DNA of 64,000 nt. Origin: Mizuhopecten yessoensis. Lineage: Eukaryota. Shown in pieces: positions 36,670 through 51,000 of the stretch. The stretch is from NCBI RefSeq assembly GCF_002113885.1, contig NW_018408622.1, positions 206,312 to 270,311 of the forward strand, given 5' to 3'. The notes beneath the pieces were generated by a model. That model had not been told where the DNA came from. It made no database searches and saw nothing but the letters and a program-made list of their open reading frames with translations. Within the stretch, counting starts at the first letter, position 1. The number at the start of each line of letters is the position of its first letter. A program made the translations under genes and the position numbers.

Positions 36670-36745
36670 TAGCGACTCCTGACGTACTCCGGGCGCCTGT
36701 GTGGTGGGGAGGGCCGCCATATTCCACGGGGAGGGGGACTTGAGA
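36670..36745 (-). promoter_or_regulatory. Candidate promoter-proximal GC-rich element of the BAMBI-like gene
   Basis: Local GC island with a YY1-type GCCGCCATATT (36713-36723; AATATGGCGGC on -), Smad1/5-type GGCGCC (36692-36697), TGACGT (36680-36685) and GGGGAGGG boxes, ~0.7 kb upstream of the candidate ATG. Confidence 0.35.
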
Positions 36746-38555
36746 ATGTTGAGAACTGTAACATGAAAAGGAGTGTAGATGCGGGTAATCGGTCCGACCG
36801 GAGATTTAGGAGGTAGATAAACTACAACATAGGGTTGGCTACATCGAAAGCCGTCTCAGAACTCGGAGTTTTAAAGATTGTTTGAAACTGGTAAGTAGCT
36901 GGGTTTATGCTACCGCTGGTAAAACCGACGGCACAAAAAGGTCTTTTAATGTTGAGAATAGCTGCAAATAGCTTTGTCGAGAGCAATTAGCATTGAGACG
37001 TTCCTAGATATATGTACTGGAGTAGTCACATCCTCCTGGAGAGCGATCCATTAAACTTATACACCAGCGCTGAGTCGGCTGCCCCCTCTAGGAGGAGACA
37101 CGGTAGAACATCTTAGACACTAACGAGAATTAGACTCGTAGACAATTTGATCACCCGTATGAGAAATGATCCGATCTTGTGCCGAGAAGAACTTGTAGGT
37201 CCCAATGCCGTAGAAATAGAAAAATCCTGATAAAGAAAGTTCATCCGTCATACTTTTTCATGTATCGCGATGAAGATGCACTTTGTCGTCCTGCAAATAT
37301 TTTACGCACATATGTGCTGTGTAATACAACGTACTTGAAATGCTATGAACATGTCTACCATTGGCGTCGTAAAAACTCAAAATGCATTGCAATTCTCATG
37401 CCCTTCACCGAACACTAATCTTTAAAGTCTGCTCATCCGACTTAAACATGAAAAACATTGCATTTCAGACATATATATTTGTCCCCAGGATAAATCAACA
37501 AGTCTGGTGTCCTTTACATCTCTGGATATTGGCTAATTGACACTACCCAATTAATATTTTGAAATTAGTGACTCATTTATAGACGATAATCGATATTACG
37601 TTAAGCTGTTGATGCGAAAGGATGCGATACCGGGTCCAGAGCATGTGCGAACCACGCATGGCTCTCAAACGAGGTGTGAACAACCCTAATAAGTTCATAC
37701 AGGTGCTTTATGCTTGTCGAATTAGACTTGAAGCGGAGGTGAGGAAGTCCGGTAACTTACACTGACATCCTACCACAAATCATGACAGGGACTGAACGAT
37801 CGAGGGCTGAAGGGCTACAATTACCATATGGGGTCTCTAATCAAACCAAGACTTCCTCCTTCGGCCGGGCTGGTGTACCCCAATAACCATTATTCCTTAA
37901 TTCAATTAGTTTTGAGGGGTTAAACTACCTTTATCTTTCCGACTCAATCAAATTCTTCCGTTTCCTCCAGCATTACACCAAGTTCATGGTTAAAGGCAAT
38001 ATAGGTTAGCACGCTGGTGGTCGAATTTACCTAATTAAGAACGAAAATTATGACATAATTCAAAGAATGTTCCTTCCGATTTACTCTTTGTCTTTCTGCC
38101 TTTATAATTATCAATAGAAAGCAAATTTCATTTGTTTAATTTTTCCGACGAGTCACGCATCATATGCATAAGTAGTGTACTTGAACGGCGCTCTCGGTGT
38201 TTGAAAAAATCTGTATAAAGTCTTTACAATGAATAGACACATGTCTATCAGTTTATCGCGCTCTTTACAAAGGGTCACTTGGGGAAGTCAAATACCAAAC
38301 CTAACAGACTTTGATCTGAACCGAATTCATTCCGCAGCGAAAGTGTTCTGGGCACTCGCTAAGCAATGCGTTTGATTGGCCTATCTCTCTCACAACGCTT
38401 ATGCCTGTGTCCTGCACTGTGAACTTTAGCGGGAATAAAATGTAAAAACAAACAATTAAATAGTATTTAAGAGAACATTATATATCTTAAAGTACTTTCG
38501 TATGGGAACTTAAAGCACTTAGTTAATAGATGTGCGGACAATGGAAAACAATCAA

Positions 38556-38710
38556 CGGATGGTCAGAGTCTTGACCGGTCTTCCTTTCACGGACAACTGA
38601 AGAGTGGTCAGAGTCTAAATCGGTGTTCGATCAGGGACAGCCAAAGAATGGTCATAAGCTAGATCGGGTTACATCAAGGGTCACGAAAGAATAAACAATG
38701 GTCAGAGATA
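38556..38710. repeat. Degenerate ~45-bp repeat, 3-4 copies
   Basis: Recurring (A/G)TGGTCAGAG..T..A(C/T)CGG motif at about 38560, 38604, 38648 and 38698. Confidence 0.5.
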
Positions 38711-41700
38711 AGGGCTTCTTGCGAAAAAAAACATATTTTAAACGGGATAGCTTTATAAACGGCAGCTCTTCCTATAATTCTTAATATGTAATTGGCGACG
38801 AATAAACCTTACATTTAAATGTATCACGCAGTTTGTTTGTGTTTCGAATAAACATCTGATAATTGAAATTGACATGTCAACGTTGTTGAATAGAATAATA
38901 AGACGGAATTCTTAAGTTTTGCATAATCTTAATTCTTATTATGAACAAAGCGACAAACTTATAAAGCTTTATAGGATATCTAGCCCTACCACACTGCGAG
39001 GCTTTACGGATAGACCGACATCAGGTAGGTCTACGTTATGTAAACCGTGGACAGAGATAATCTTACAGTCGCCAGTCTCCTAATATGAGCGGAATTAAAG
39101 CAGTGATAAAGATCTAGCAATTGTCCCAAACCCAGCCGACTTTTGTATTGTGTTAAACACACGACAATATGGCCCCGTGTGTGTAGCATACAGTCTACCC
39201 GGACAAAACACGGCTAGCCTACCCCGGGTGTCCTGTTCTGCCAGTCCGAACTGAAATATTTATTGGTATATATATCAACCGTGAGATATAAAACCGTCTG
39301 TTGTATCTCTATACACAACCCCACGGTATGCAGATGTCAGTAGGTAGGGGTATTGTAGTCTAAGTGTACACACAATCACACCTTGATATACATACATGTT
39401 TATAATACACACAAGAAAAAAGCAAGATGGACATATTTTTTAATAATACTTAAAGATATCAAACTATTTTATGAATCACGATGCAGTTTAAGCAATGGCA
39501 GTGTTATTGTATATAAATATGGATTTGTAACTTAAGTAGGTTTTTTGAGATTCAGTTTTCTATTTCAATGTTAAATGTATTTACTTGCCGTCCTATGTAA
39601 AGTGCGCTATTCCCAAATACTGTAAAAAGAGATTTACAGGGGGTTATAAAAGTCTTTCATTGACCGTAGTCACCCTAAAGCCTACAGATACTTCACGAGT
39701 GTTAGCATTATACACAAGTGACTGATACTGGGGCTAAGATAGTTACTTATGTAGACTTGACAAGTATTGTCGAAGTTAAAAAACAATTACAAACGTTTTT
39801 AAACTTTATTTTCCGATAAAATTTATGATTGTGTTGTGATGATATGCATTTTTTTTATTGATTATAGAAAAAGGATATTAACGATACTTTTTTTTGTCTG
39901 TGTTTAGGGGAAGGGGATTGAGGACTTGACTTTTACATGATTAAAGACGTGAAGTGATTTTAAATGGGATGCATAGACGGGGTGCAGAAATTAAAGCTAA
40001 ACTGAACCTTTAACTAAAACAATCAAACGACAGAAATGCAAACGAAAAACAAACAAAAACACCTTCCAACTTATGACAATCCTTTTGATTGATTAGTGCC
40101 TCTACCGCAGCGATAATATCACATAATGCTGTTAAAAAATTATCACATTTCTTATCATACTCCTTTACAGTTACAATACACGCCAGCAGCAGTTAATTCT
40201 AAAGTCCGACTCTCATTAGTATTCCTGCAGACTCGAAGTCCTGCTGGCGTTCCATTACACAGTTAAGCGTCTAATATGCTTACATATTTTTTTCGCACAC
40301 CATCCCGAGGGCAATGAAGAAATACTTGGCTTTCAGTTAGAAATATCAAGAATAGTTTCCATGACAATGAGTAGCGGAAACTGACAAGGGCTGGCTTTCT
40401 TACTGACAGAAACAAATGTTGTGTTTACCCTGACAGGTTGGTTTACATGTATATTCTCTATTGAGCGTGTAACAAAAGCACAGCATGTTGCACAATGGGT
40501 ATCCTCGATCTGAGAAGGATGTCACTTCCAGACCGTCAGCACCAAATCGGTGTTCTCTGGTCAGGCACAGGATCTTAATACCCGCTGCCCTGCAGATAAT
40601 TCATATTGATCCAAGGTCGAATTCGGTCTCAATATGGCTCATATTGCCAAAATCTTCTTCATCGGATGCAAGGGACCCATTGCACCATGACAAGGTGTAA
40701 TTAGTCCCCATAGGCTCAATCATCCCATGCAATGGAAACATTTGAAGACATTTCCGTTCATTTATACAGCCATAAACATGAATGCACGGGGAAAACCTGG
40801 ACCCTGCCACAGCATCAGTACCACAGGTCTTACTACCAAGGACCCGTGAGGACACACTTCAACTTTGCGAACACCTGTGTCGTCACTGTCTGTACGAACA
40901 AATATTACACATACCGCGGTGTCATATGGCGTGTTCTCTTCAACACCTTCCACTTGTATTAGGTTGCGAGTATTTCGCCACCGTCTCCCTGCAACCTACC
41001 CAAGTAGTAGCTCAGGGATAATAAGTTGGTTTAATGAACGTTGTTTTTCTTGAGGTGAGTTTTTTCGCTAATTTTTCAAAATGAAAGATTATTTTTTTAT
41101 TTTGAAAATCAAAAATAAGGGAAAATATTTAAGTTGAAATCAACCATTGCATATGATTTGCCCCTTTCGAATAGAAAGTGTCACACATATGTATACACAT
41201 ACATACACATATATACGCACGTTATGATATCTCTTAAGCAACAGATATCGGTGGGGTGAATAAAAGAAGGCTCGAATGATAAATCCACTTTCAGATTTAA
41301 TCAACTCTGATTTCTACATAATATATGATATAATTCTACATGAAAAGACGTACCAAATCTGTTTACACATATTTGCCACACTAAGATACTTTTATCTGAA
41401 GTGATAGAACATTTGCTACCCTTATCATACCCGACCCCGGTCGCCAAAGTATTGTAGGCTTAAGTAGATGATTTGAAAAGGAAAAGAGAGGTATGCACTT
41501 ATCATTAGAAATACCAAGAAGGGATCACAAATTTAACAATTGAGCATGCCGATGAAAAGAGCCTAACAAAACAAACAATTTCTACTGCATTATATGCGTA
41601 TTTTATATATTTTGGACTTAACACAGGTTATTAAGGTCAGACGAATTACAATTAATACCGAAATTATTCCCAAACATATTGCGAAAGTTAAGAGTAAGTG

Positions 41701-42860
41701 GACAGTTGTCTATCAATCCCTTATAACTTAAATTACACTACTTTCTAACAGCAGATCTTTTATGCTTGAACTGGTATAACATGATAATCATATAAGAATA
41801 AAATCCCGCTACAAGGTTTTGCCCAACTTTGAGACTGATGGTTTACAAGCAGAAAAATGTTGAATGTTATGTTTTGATTATGTCTTTTAATATTGGTACA
41901 CGAACAAATAACTTTCCGTTCATACTTTTCTCATTCTAGTTGATCTCTTGACATATTTAATCGTAGTAGTAAGCTTTATTCACTGTTTTACACCAGGAAA
42001 ATATATAAGAATATCAGTAAGTAGAACAAAGATAACAAGGCTTTGTATTCAAGTATACTACTGAAATGTGTGTTTGCAGAGGAAAGGGAGAGAAAGCATA
42101 AGTCGCGGATTGACGTTAGGGTGGGTCCTCGGTCTTGGATACGGGGATATTTTAACAGGTAAGGCCTGTATCTAAATCCTTTAATCCAGTCAGAGTATAC
42201 AAGCATTGGCGGGACGGACCTACTAAACGTATCTAGCTAAGCGATGATACATAATCAACCGTGTTGTGTCTTTGATATAACTACTCCACTTTGACAACTC
42301 TTTACGTAGATACAATAGGTCTTATAAACGATAATTAATGTTACAAGAAAACACTTAACATTGATGAGATAGAGCGATGTTGGTCATATAATGCTTTTGA
42401 TATCTGTTGTATAGATAAGTTGTATCTTTTTTTCAATTTCTCATTTCACTTTAAATTTTAATACTGTTGTATACTAATGCATGCAAGAGAGAACTGATCT
42501 GTTGTTCAATCCAATTAATATACAATCATGGATAAAATTTGTTGAAATGAAACATTGTTTTTATTTAAAGATTTTGTACGTTTTTCGTTAAAATTCTTTG
42601 AGTATATCTATGAAAGAAAGAAAGTACAAATTATTTTATTAGTTTACAAGTGAACGAGTCATCTACTTCAGATTATGGCTGACGCAAAACATATCACCAA
42701 TGCTGATTTGTAAGGCACATTTGTCACCCGAGTGTCACGTTTTTCAGCATTACTACTTGTCACATTAAATCGTCTGCACCTTCTTAACCGTTTACTGTAT
42801 ACAATAAGGTAATATTTTTATTGTAGTAGGATAATGACTAGGAATGTCTCATGGTCGTTT

Positions 42861-43252
42861 TTCATTTTCACGGTCATGCACTTGTTCGTAAATCTTTGCC
42901 ATTCTGTTATGTTGTCAGCCATTGTGTCTAGTCCTTGTACTGTATGTCCGGACGAATTAATAACTGTCCTTCGTGTTATAACGTACGACACATCCTAATC
43001 ACTATCATGTACATATATAACTACTGCAGTTATTGACCAACTAGTTTCTGCTTCATTTTCACGGTCATGAACTTGTTCGTAAATCTTTGCCATTCTGTTA
43101 TGTTGTCAGTCATTGTGTCTAGCCCTTGTACTGTATGTCCGGACGAATTAATAACTGTCCTACATGTTAAAACGTACGACACATCCTAATTACTAGCATG
43201 TAAATGCAGAACTACTGTATTTATTGACTAACTACGTTTTGCTTAATTTTCA
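42861..43252. repeat. 191-bp tandem duplication (2 copies)
   Basis: TTCATTTTCACGGTCATG...GTCCGGACGAATTAATAACTGTCCT...ACGTACGACACATCCTAAT starts at 42861 and again at 43052. Confidence 0.95.
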
Positions 43253-46200
43253 GGAATTTATTCCATAAACCTTGCACCGTCGAGAGTATAAATAGTGATC
43301 CACAAAGTTACCGCGCTTCAGAACTGACAATTTGTAGACTTCTAATTCATTATAACAAGAACGCACTAAAAAACGACTGTTCATACCTTCAAATATTTCA
43401 GTATGACAAAAATGTATCAGAAAGCAACGTCACAGACATCTAGTTCTAAAGTATAACGACAATGTTTCAGAAATCGACCGTTTTCGAAGACTTCTAACTT
43501 TTAAAAATTGCTTTTCCGCTGTAGATCCGACGAATTGTCTGCCTTACGATAACAGAAAACAGAAAAGTAATTACGTTTTAGTTTTTAGAATGCATAGCTT
43601 TCTTATTAGATGACAATTATTGAATTGTATTATGATGATGTTTTACTTCACCTATCTTTATCGGTACTCAATGTAACTATTTACGGCAGGGAAGAAATGT
43701 ATATAAATGACAAATTCATTTAACATGCAACATTTATGATAAATAGTATTTCTCTCGTAGGTTCTCCTCTCATTACCATGAAATATTCACGTAAATGGAA
43801 ATGAAACGGTAAATAACGCTTCAAAGTTGTCATCACATTTGTAATTTGATAAAGTAACTTCACCAAAGAAGAACAGAAACGAATTCATATGCAGTGTGTA
43901 TGTTGAACGAATTTGTCAAACTATGCACAGATGACACGATTATAATTCATATTTTTATGAAGCTGTCATAGTAACTACAGGTTCGCTTTGTATGTGTCTG
44001 TAAACCGGTGTCTATCAAGCTTGTATGTGATAACATTCTCCCTTGCTGTGAACAGTGCACTTATTCTGACCCGAATTGTAAACAGAATGTATATTTTATG
44101 TTAGTTTTGTATATTTTATGTATTTCTGGGTAGGTTTCCTTCACGGGTCGGCGGTTATCGCCTTCAACCATCTATAGAACGCAACATAAACCCAAACATC
44201 GGCCGTACAAAGAGTATAAAATCTTAAATTTATAGCAGTTCTGAAGAACTACACAAACGTTGATACATTTCTATAAAAATTCGTGTACTTCAGAGGGAGG
44301 CTATCATCACCACCCAATCTCCATCATCAGATGATAACAGGATGGATCATAAATCATGCTCAAATATCACAGTAGGTGAACCGTGTCGCACGTACAGTGG
44401 GAAGCGTCCATGACGTCATGTCTCAGTGATTGTCGTTACGTCAGCTGATAAGAGGACACGTGATAATACGATGAGTTAAAAAAAGTATGTTTTACAAATT
44501 AAACATTAATTTTTATGGCTTCAAATAGGAGATACGATCGACTGTTTACATATTCATGCTGTCATATATCATAGTTTATGGTCTGATGAACACAGTTTAA
44601 CAGTTTATATGAAAACGTCACCTGTAATAACATCTTATTCAATCGGCGTTTCTTTGACTTCTCCCTTTAGGAAGAGAAAACGGCCACCTCTAATTGTTAT
44701 GGTATACTAGGCAATTATCTGTCTGAACGGAATGCCCCACTTTTCAGAACACGTAATCAAAGGTGTCGCATTTCCTGTCGGGGCCAATTACCTGTAATTT
44801 TACGATGTAATAAGGCTGATATATGGATTTTCAGTTGTGATAAATATTTCGAATTGCTGCTTTCAAAATCTATTTGCATATTAACTTCCGGTGTGCACCA
44901 AATTCTGGTTTAAAACTGTTTGAAAATTTCATATCATAGTATCGAAAGCAATGATAGTTTTGAAGTTTACAGTTTAATAAACATGGTTTTAGAGATTCGG
45001 TATTTAATGTGTTTATACAAGTACTGACGTGATTGTTTATACTCAGAGTGACATTTGAAGTCCACTTTAAATGATGCAGTTTACTTCTGAAGCGACAGTA
45101 AGTTGTCTACATGCGCTCATTAATTGGCCGACTTGATGACAAAGAGTTACAGTCAATGTACCCTGTTTAGATACAAACACACTCGAGAACCATTTGCAGT
45201 AATATTCACAAGTTTTAAAGAGCAGTCAGCTTTACTAACGTCATATTGTCATACGTCAAGCTAACAAGACTTAGAATCTGTGATACTGGATTCCTGGTCA
45301 TAGTCGTCACCACTAGACGTCAGCCATGTGCAAGACACAGTGGTCATTGATCGCGACCGGGTTCACACAGGGAGAAGGGTCTGTAACTACACAGGCTACC
45401 CCGGGATTCCACATGTTACCTGGTATCATAGGCATGTGACAAAACAGCGACAGGAGTTAAAACCGTTGCGACAAAGAGGAATACATATTTGATGCATTCC
45501 GTGAAAGGTCGGCCATGTGGAGGTGTGAGGGTGTTAGACCCAACACCCTGCTGTTATCTGTCCGTATTTGCTAGGGATATTGAAGACACAACAAGTACAA
45601 AGCGGTATAGAAAGCTGAAATAGGTTTTGTCACATACCGTGTACCAATGAACTAAAAAAACGAAAAAATTAAGAAAAATCTTTAGGATTATTATGCAAAC
45701 AGTCTAAAATAAAGGAAAGAGGGTAGAAATGTGTTGTAAGGTATTTAATACATCCCAACGACTGGCATGACATTTACTACTTTGTTACGAAACATGACTA
45801 AAGTGCAACATTGAAGTAAACCATTTTCACAATAAACATATCTTGGATCTCCTGTAACAAAGGCACAATTCAAGAAAAGAATAGAAATAAAAAACTGAAA
45901 TGATGAATATGAAGTCAGCTTTGCTTTAAAGACTTGCCTTAAAGTTAAAAGCTTCATGCAAGTCGAGGAGGACGCCAACTGGTAACGTTCCCAGATTGGG
46001 ACCGATGATATTGCTACCCAAGCTACAACAGTACTGAGTAATCATGTGTGTGTCGTTGATCTACCAAGCTGTCTTGTGATACTTAAAGCAAAAAGGCTGT
46101 TGTAAAGGGATTCGGTTTAAATGTCAGGTACATGTACCTTATGACATCATTAACTCTAATTACAATTGTACATGTTAACCTAATGCTTGTCATTGTACTA

Positions 46201-46839
46201 GAGAGAAACATTAACTGCAAACGAACCCTGCCACCTCCATAAATCGCCAATGGAAACATCATATATGCAGGGTTAGCCGGCGGACAAATAAAACTTATTT
46301 ATGGAGTTTTACATATGTTTGCCTTACGAAGTATGATAAATTTCCGTAGTAACACGTGGTGGCACGATCTAATAGTGTCTAATGCATCACTTCGAAGGCT
46401 AGCTAAGTGCCTTCATTATTCAAAACTTTTACATACAAATACTTTCTCTGTGCTTTCATGTGAAACGCTTTTTTACAAATGAAAAATGAGAATAATTTTC
46501 AAATATGAAAGCAACGTTTTGAGTACATTTCAACAGACGGACTAACGTAGACATCATTTATACCCATTAAATCGACATAAATATTACATTTTCATATGAA
46601 AATTGGAAACATGTGTTCGCATGCTAATGGTTGGGTAGGGTAACGTATAACAGTACTGTGTGTGTTGATAGAGTGAAGAAATGAATGTTGGGAATAAATG
46701 AGATCGGTTATACAATAGGCAGCAGTGATGAGATGGAGAATTACCCACGTAACGGCGATATCTCGCACCAGATCTGTGTAATGGTGAATAAATGATGGCA
46801 TACTTCACAAGTTTACCATTATCACCGATAGCGATATTA

Positions 46840-47130
46840 GCGTAGTAACAGTATTACAGCTCTATTATACACTGTGTTACCGTAGTACATAAGGTAATAT
46901 AAATACACCGCTATTTTACACTGTGTTACCGTAGTTATATCATTACACCGCTATTTCACACTATATACTCTATCAAACTGTAATACCGTAATTATATCAC
47001 TACAGTGCTTTCTTGCACTAAATTAAAGTAGTTATATAAAAACAACATTTTTCGCACTTGATTACCGTATTAATGCCACTTCAGCTAAATTATACACTAT
47101 AATACCGAAGTAATATTATTTCAGCGCAAT
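46840..47130. repeat. Degenerate tandem repeat (TACACTGTGTTACCGTAGT core)
   Basis: Repeated CTATT.TACACT.T..TACCGTA.T motifs with progressive decay. Confidence 0.6.
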
Positions 47131-47866
47131 TTCTAACTCAATGTGGTAGCGCTCCCAATAAGAGCCTACTTATAAATGGAATTTGATTATGTTGGGGTTT
47201 TTTTAATCTGAAATACCTAACATTGGAGAAACTTATAACCTGCCTTTCTGTATATCTGAAACTGAATAAAATCCCATTTATCTACATTGACCGAAAACAC
47301 ATTTATCAAATAGCCATATAAGTCATCGTTAGGTGTTCATCTACATGGACAAATATTTGGGTTGTATGTACAATTAGAAAGGCGAAAATGAAATCCTCGT
47401 AAAAATCTGTGTTCTCACTAGCTTCGTCCTAACCTTTATTATAGAATCAATTTCCACTCGAGTAAGGACCTACTGATATTTACGTTTAGAGGTCACAGAA
47501 CGATACATTCTATTGCTTTTTATAGGGGGAGGTCTTATTTACTTAGAACTATTACACATGATTACCTCCCCTGCTGGCTCTCCTTAAAAGGGCTCCGTGT
47601 CTGTGTGTATAGACCGTTCTTTGTGCGTACGGTCTGTTTTAATTGTAATTCTCTAGTTATTTAAATAGCGATTTCACACTGTATGCGTCCTACAAGGTGT
47701 TTGGGGGTTGACTGATTTTAGCATTCTCTGGATTTAAAGGCTAAACTCTCTCCATCTGCGTATTAGAGCTGCATAGATTGTAAAGAAGGCTCAGTGTGTA
47801 CACCTGGGCACGTCAACGGGATATTAGAGTAACGGTACAACGTCTACGTAAACACAGCCATTACGC

Positions 47867-48056
47867 TATTCCGTCTTTGCGTATTGCAGAGTTATCTTCT
47901 CTTGGGAGCAGGTTTTGATTGTTACGTCATTGGACTGTGTGAGAAATTTACGTCGTTTTCTCAAAAATTGATGACGTTATTCTCACAAACAAGTGACGTA
48001 ACAATCAATACCTGCTCCCAAGAGAAGATAACTCTGCAATACGCAAAGACAGAATA
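47867..48056. mobile_element. Fold-back MITE with TA ends (Tc1/mariner-type)
   Basis: TATTCCGTCTTTGCGTATTGCAGAGTTATCTTCTCTTGGGAGCAGGT.TTGATTGTTACGTCA is mirrored by TGACGTAACAATCAATACCTGCTCCCAAGAGAAGATAACTCTGCAATACGCAAAGACAGAATA; the whole 190 bp is an imperfect palindrome. Confidence 0.9.
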
Positions 48057-51000
48057 TTGAACACAGCGAGTAAACTTGCTAAATTTAGTCGGTGCATTAT
48101 AGTAAAAACATCGTATAAACTTATTAAATCCAGTCAGTACACTAGATGTGTATTAATCACGGCAAGTAAAATATACTAAATTTAGTTATATAGATATACC
48201 ACTTATATACCACATTATCTTATTAGTATTATGACAGTGTACTGGTATACTCTACCATAATAGTATATATTACATAATAAATAAAATTTCTAGTAAACTC
48301 AATTAGATTAAACATTTGTATCTTTGAGGAATAAGTAATATTCCAAATCACTACACTCTATGCAGAAAAACTCTTGTTTTCAATACATCAAGCCTGATGA
48401 TTTGTGTGATGAATTAAGGACCAGGAACAACCCCTAGAATCATGTTAATCTCGTGTAAAACATGGTATACGAACTCTCGGTAACACAGCTAATACGACGT
48501 CGTCCAGCTTTAATTAAAACGGTGACGTCATCGTTATAAAGACATGAATATAAGCATTGGTACTCTTAGTGGAGGACGGAATCTCAACGTTAGACAATAA
48601 AGACTATCAAAGACAGAATTATGAATAATACAACAAATGGGGCAAGCCGCAATTACGATGAGAAATGAAAATGGCCAACGCAAGGTTAGTGCTGTCCGAC
48701 TATATAGAGCTATGACCAGACAGAGAGATTACAGTGGGCAGTGTAAATAACCCTACTGCTGGAACCAGCAGGCAAATATTGGGAGACAATGTATGGTCCC
48801 TGTCTGACCCTAGCCCTTTAGTGGTGTCCTCCGCCCTATCTTACACACCAGGGATGCCCTGCAATCTCGTTATGGAACCCTTACGTTATAGAAACCATTT
48901 CCTCAGATAAGAACTTTGTCTCTGCCATAGAAAGCATCGCCCATAAATACGCCAATTCTATCATTCAATTATTACCGACCATTGCGTGGGACCTAAGCCA
49001 TTACCCACTTCAAACAAATAATGCTCCTCTGCTATGATCGTTTGGCTGATGTGATCAGCTCTCAAAGAAGGGCTATCGCAGTGGAACCTGACTAGATTGT
49101 CTCACTACGACTATACGACATAACGAAAATTAAGCTGAAGATATTACTCCCAAGAAAGGCTGTAACGACGATTGGCTTTGTCTGCCGGGATCACCCTCGG
49201 GTTGATGAAAGTAGAGGGGACCGTACACTTTACTGTTTGATTTAAATTAATAATGGCTGCTGAACGAATGAAGAACCGACTTTTGGCATTGAAAAGAGCT
49301 ATAATGAGCCATTGGGATAACATCGGCCGATAGAGTGGAGTCGAGCAGTCTGACCAGTGGCTAGTGAACATGTATGATGACAGCGTGAATTAGCGTGATG
49401 TTTCAATGTACGTCTGCTTCACTGACGAAAGGTATGTCTTACTATACCGATGATACTAGCAGACGGCTGAAGTCTAGACTAGGACGATAACGATTCTTTT
49501 CGGGAAAATTTTCACTGAATTTTCATAACAGATGCATAATATTTGCATGGAAAGGTTGCTTTTTGGAGCGAACGCATTTTTCAACAAATGTCCATACGGA
49601 AAGTCAAACACATTTATAAGAATGAGAAACATAAGCTTCAAAACTAAAAATACCGAATTTGTTATCATACGATTGGTTTCATAAGACAAACATGTATATG
49701 ATGACATAGTTTTACAATGTACGCAATAAACTGTTTTTTTATAAAGTAAAACTTAGGTATCATGTATTTCAAAACTGATGAATCTTATATAATATGACAA
49801 TATGCAAGTATAGACCTCCATATTATTAAGACATTGCAGAGGAATATATACAAATAACACCTATGATAGGAGATAAATTGTGTATATGTTCGTTTTTGAG
49901 ACTTAGCCCCCATGTCGGCTTCCCATGATTATAAAGATGGCAGCCACTTGACACACAGATCTACTGCTGAAACTTGTCGGGGACTAGAATATGGAATGCA
50001 CTCTTTTCTTCTTTTGATGATAGGTACATTCATTACCATGCAATCAAGGGGTCTTTAGCTTCGGTGGAGGCGTCAATATGAAGCTGCTCCTTGTTTGGGT
50101 CAAGTAGATTTGTAGTTGTCTACGGAATGGGAAACTTTGGTTAATTATATTCTGGCGTTAGAGAGAAAGCTAGTTAACCACGTGCTTTGATATATATTTA
50201 CGATTACCTGGTTAAAACGCCCGTTTCTATGTACCCATTGATCTGTCGTTTTAATGCACTTGTGGTAATGATATATCCCGTGTCAGTGCTCTACCCCAAC
50301 ACGGTAATTGTTTTATAGAGCTAATGCAATTGTCACTGAATTCTCAATTACCTTTACAACAGTGATTGAAACACTGATTGAAGAAATACCAGTTGCTTCA
50401 AAAGAAGACTTTTGCATACCCTAGGCGCCTATGATATTCGTGCCCTTACAAAATGTTACAGTGAGGTTTGGAAACATCATCGGGGCTATAACTGTAAAGA
50501 TACGTACTGAGGCTGTGTACACAGATTCAATTAGAAATGGTAATTCACGTGCACTATCGTGCAAAGCTTTTGCATGGAGCGGAGAACGACTTTAAAATTA
50601 TATAGATATGAAGCAGGATTGGTTCCTAATGTGCCTTTAGCATGAGTGTATAGGAAAGAGACCTTTTCAGTCTAATCTAATAACTCTGTTTATCGCCGGG
50701 CCAAATTACATGTATCAATCGTGTGTGTGTTTGGGAGCGAGTAGCAAGGCCTATTGGGAGACGGCAGAGCAGAATATATGGAAAAAACAGCAGGATACCG
50801 GCTTATGCTTTATCGGACTTTAGAGACCCAGAAAACAGCCAATAGTTATTCGTGGTGTAGTCAGCGATACAACTTTACATCACTAACTGATAGCAGTGTC
50901 CATTTGTTATTTAGCTTTATGCTGTTTTAGATCAGTGAAGTAAAATGTCATTACTCTTTTTGTGTCATTTCCGCTCAAAAGCCGTTGTAAATAACGTATA

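Noticed and set aside
45745-45978. ORF with signal-peptide-like stretch as BAMBI exon 1
   Set aside because: The hydrophobic stretch is a polypyrimidine tract ending ttacag and there is no phase-1 GT donor after VTG.
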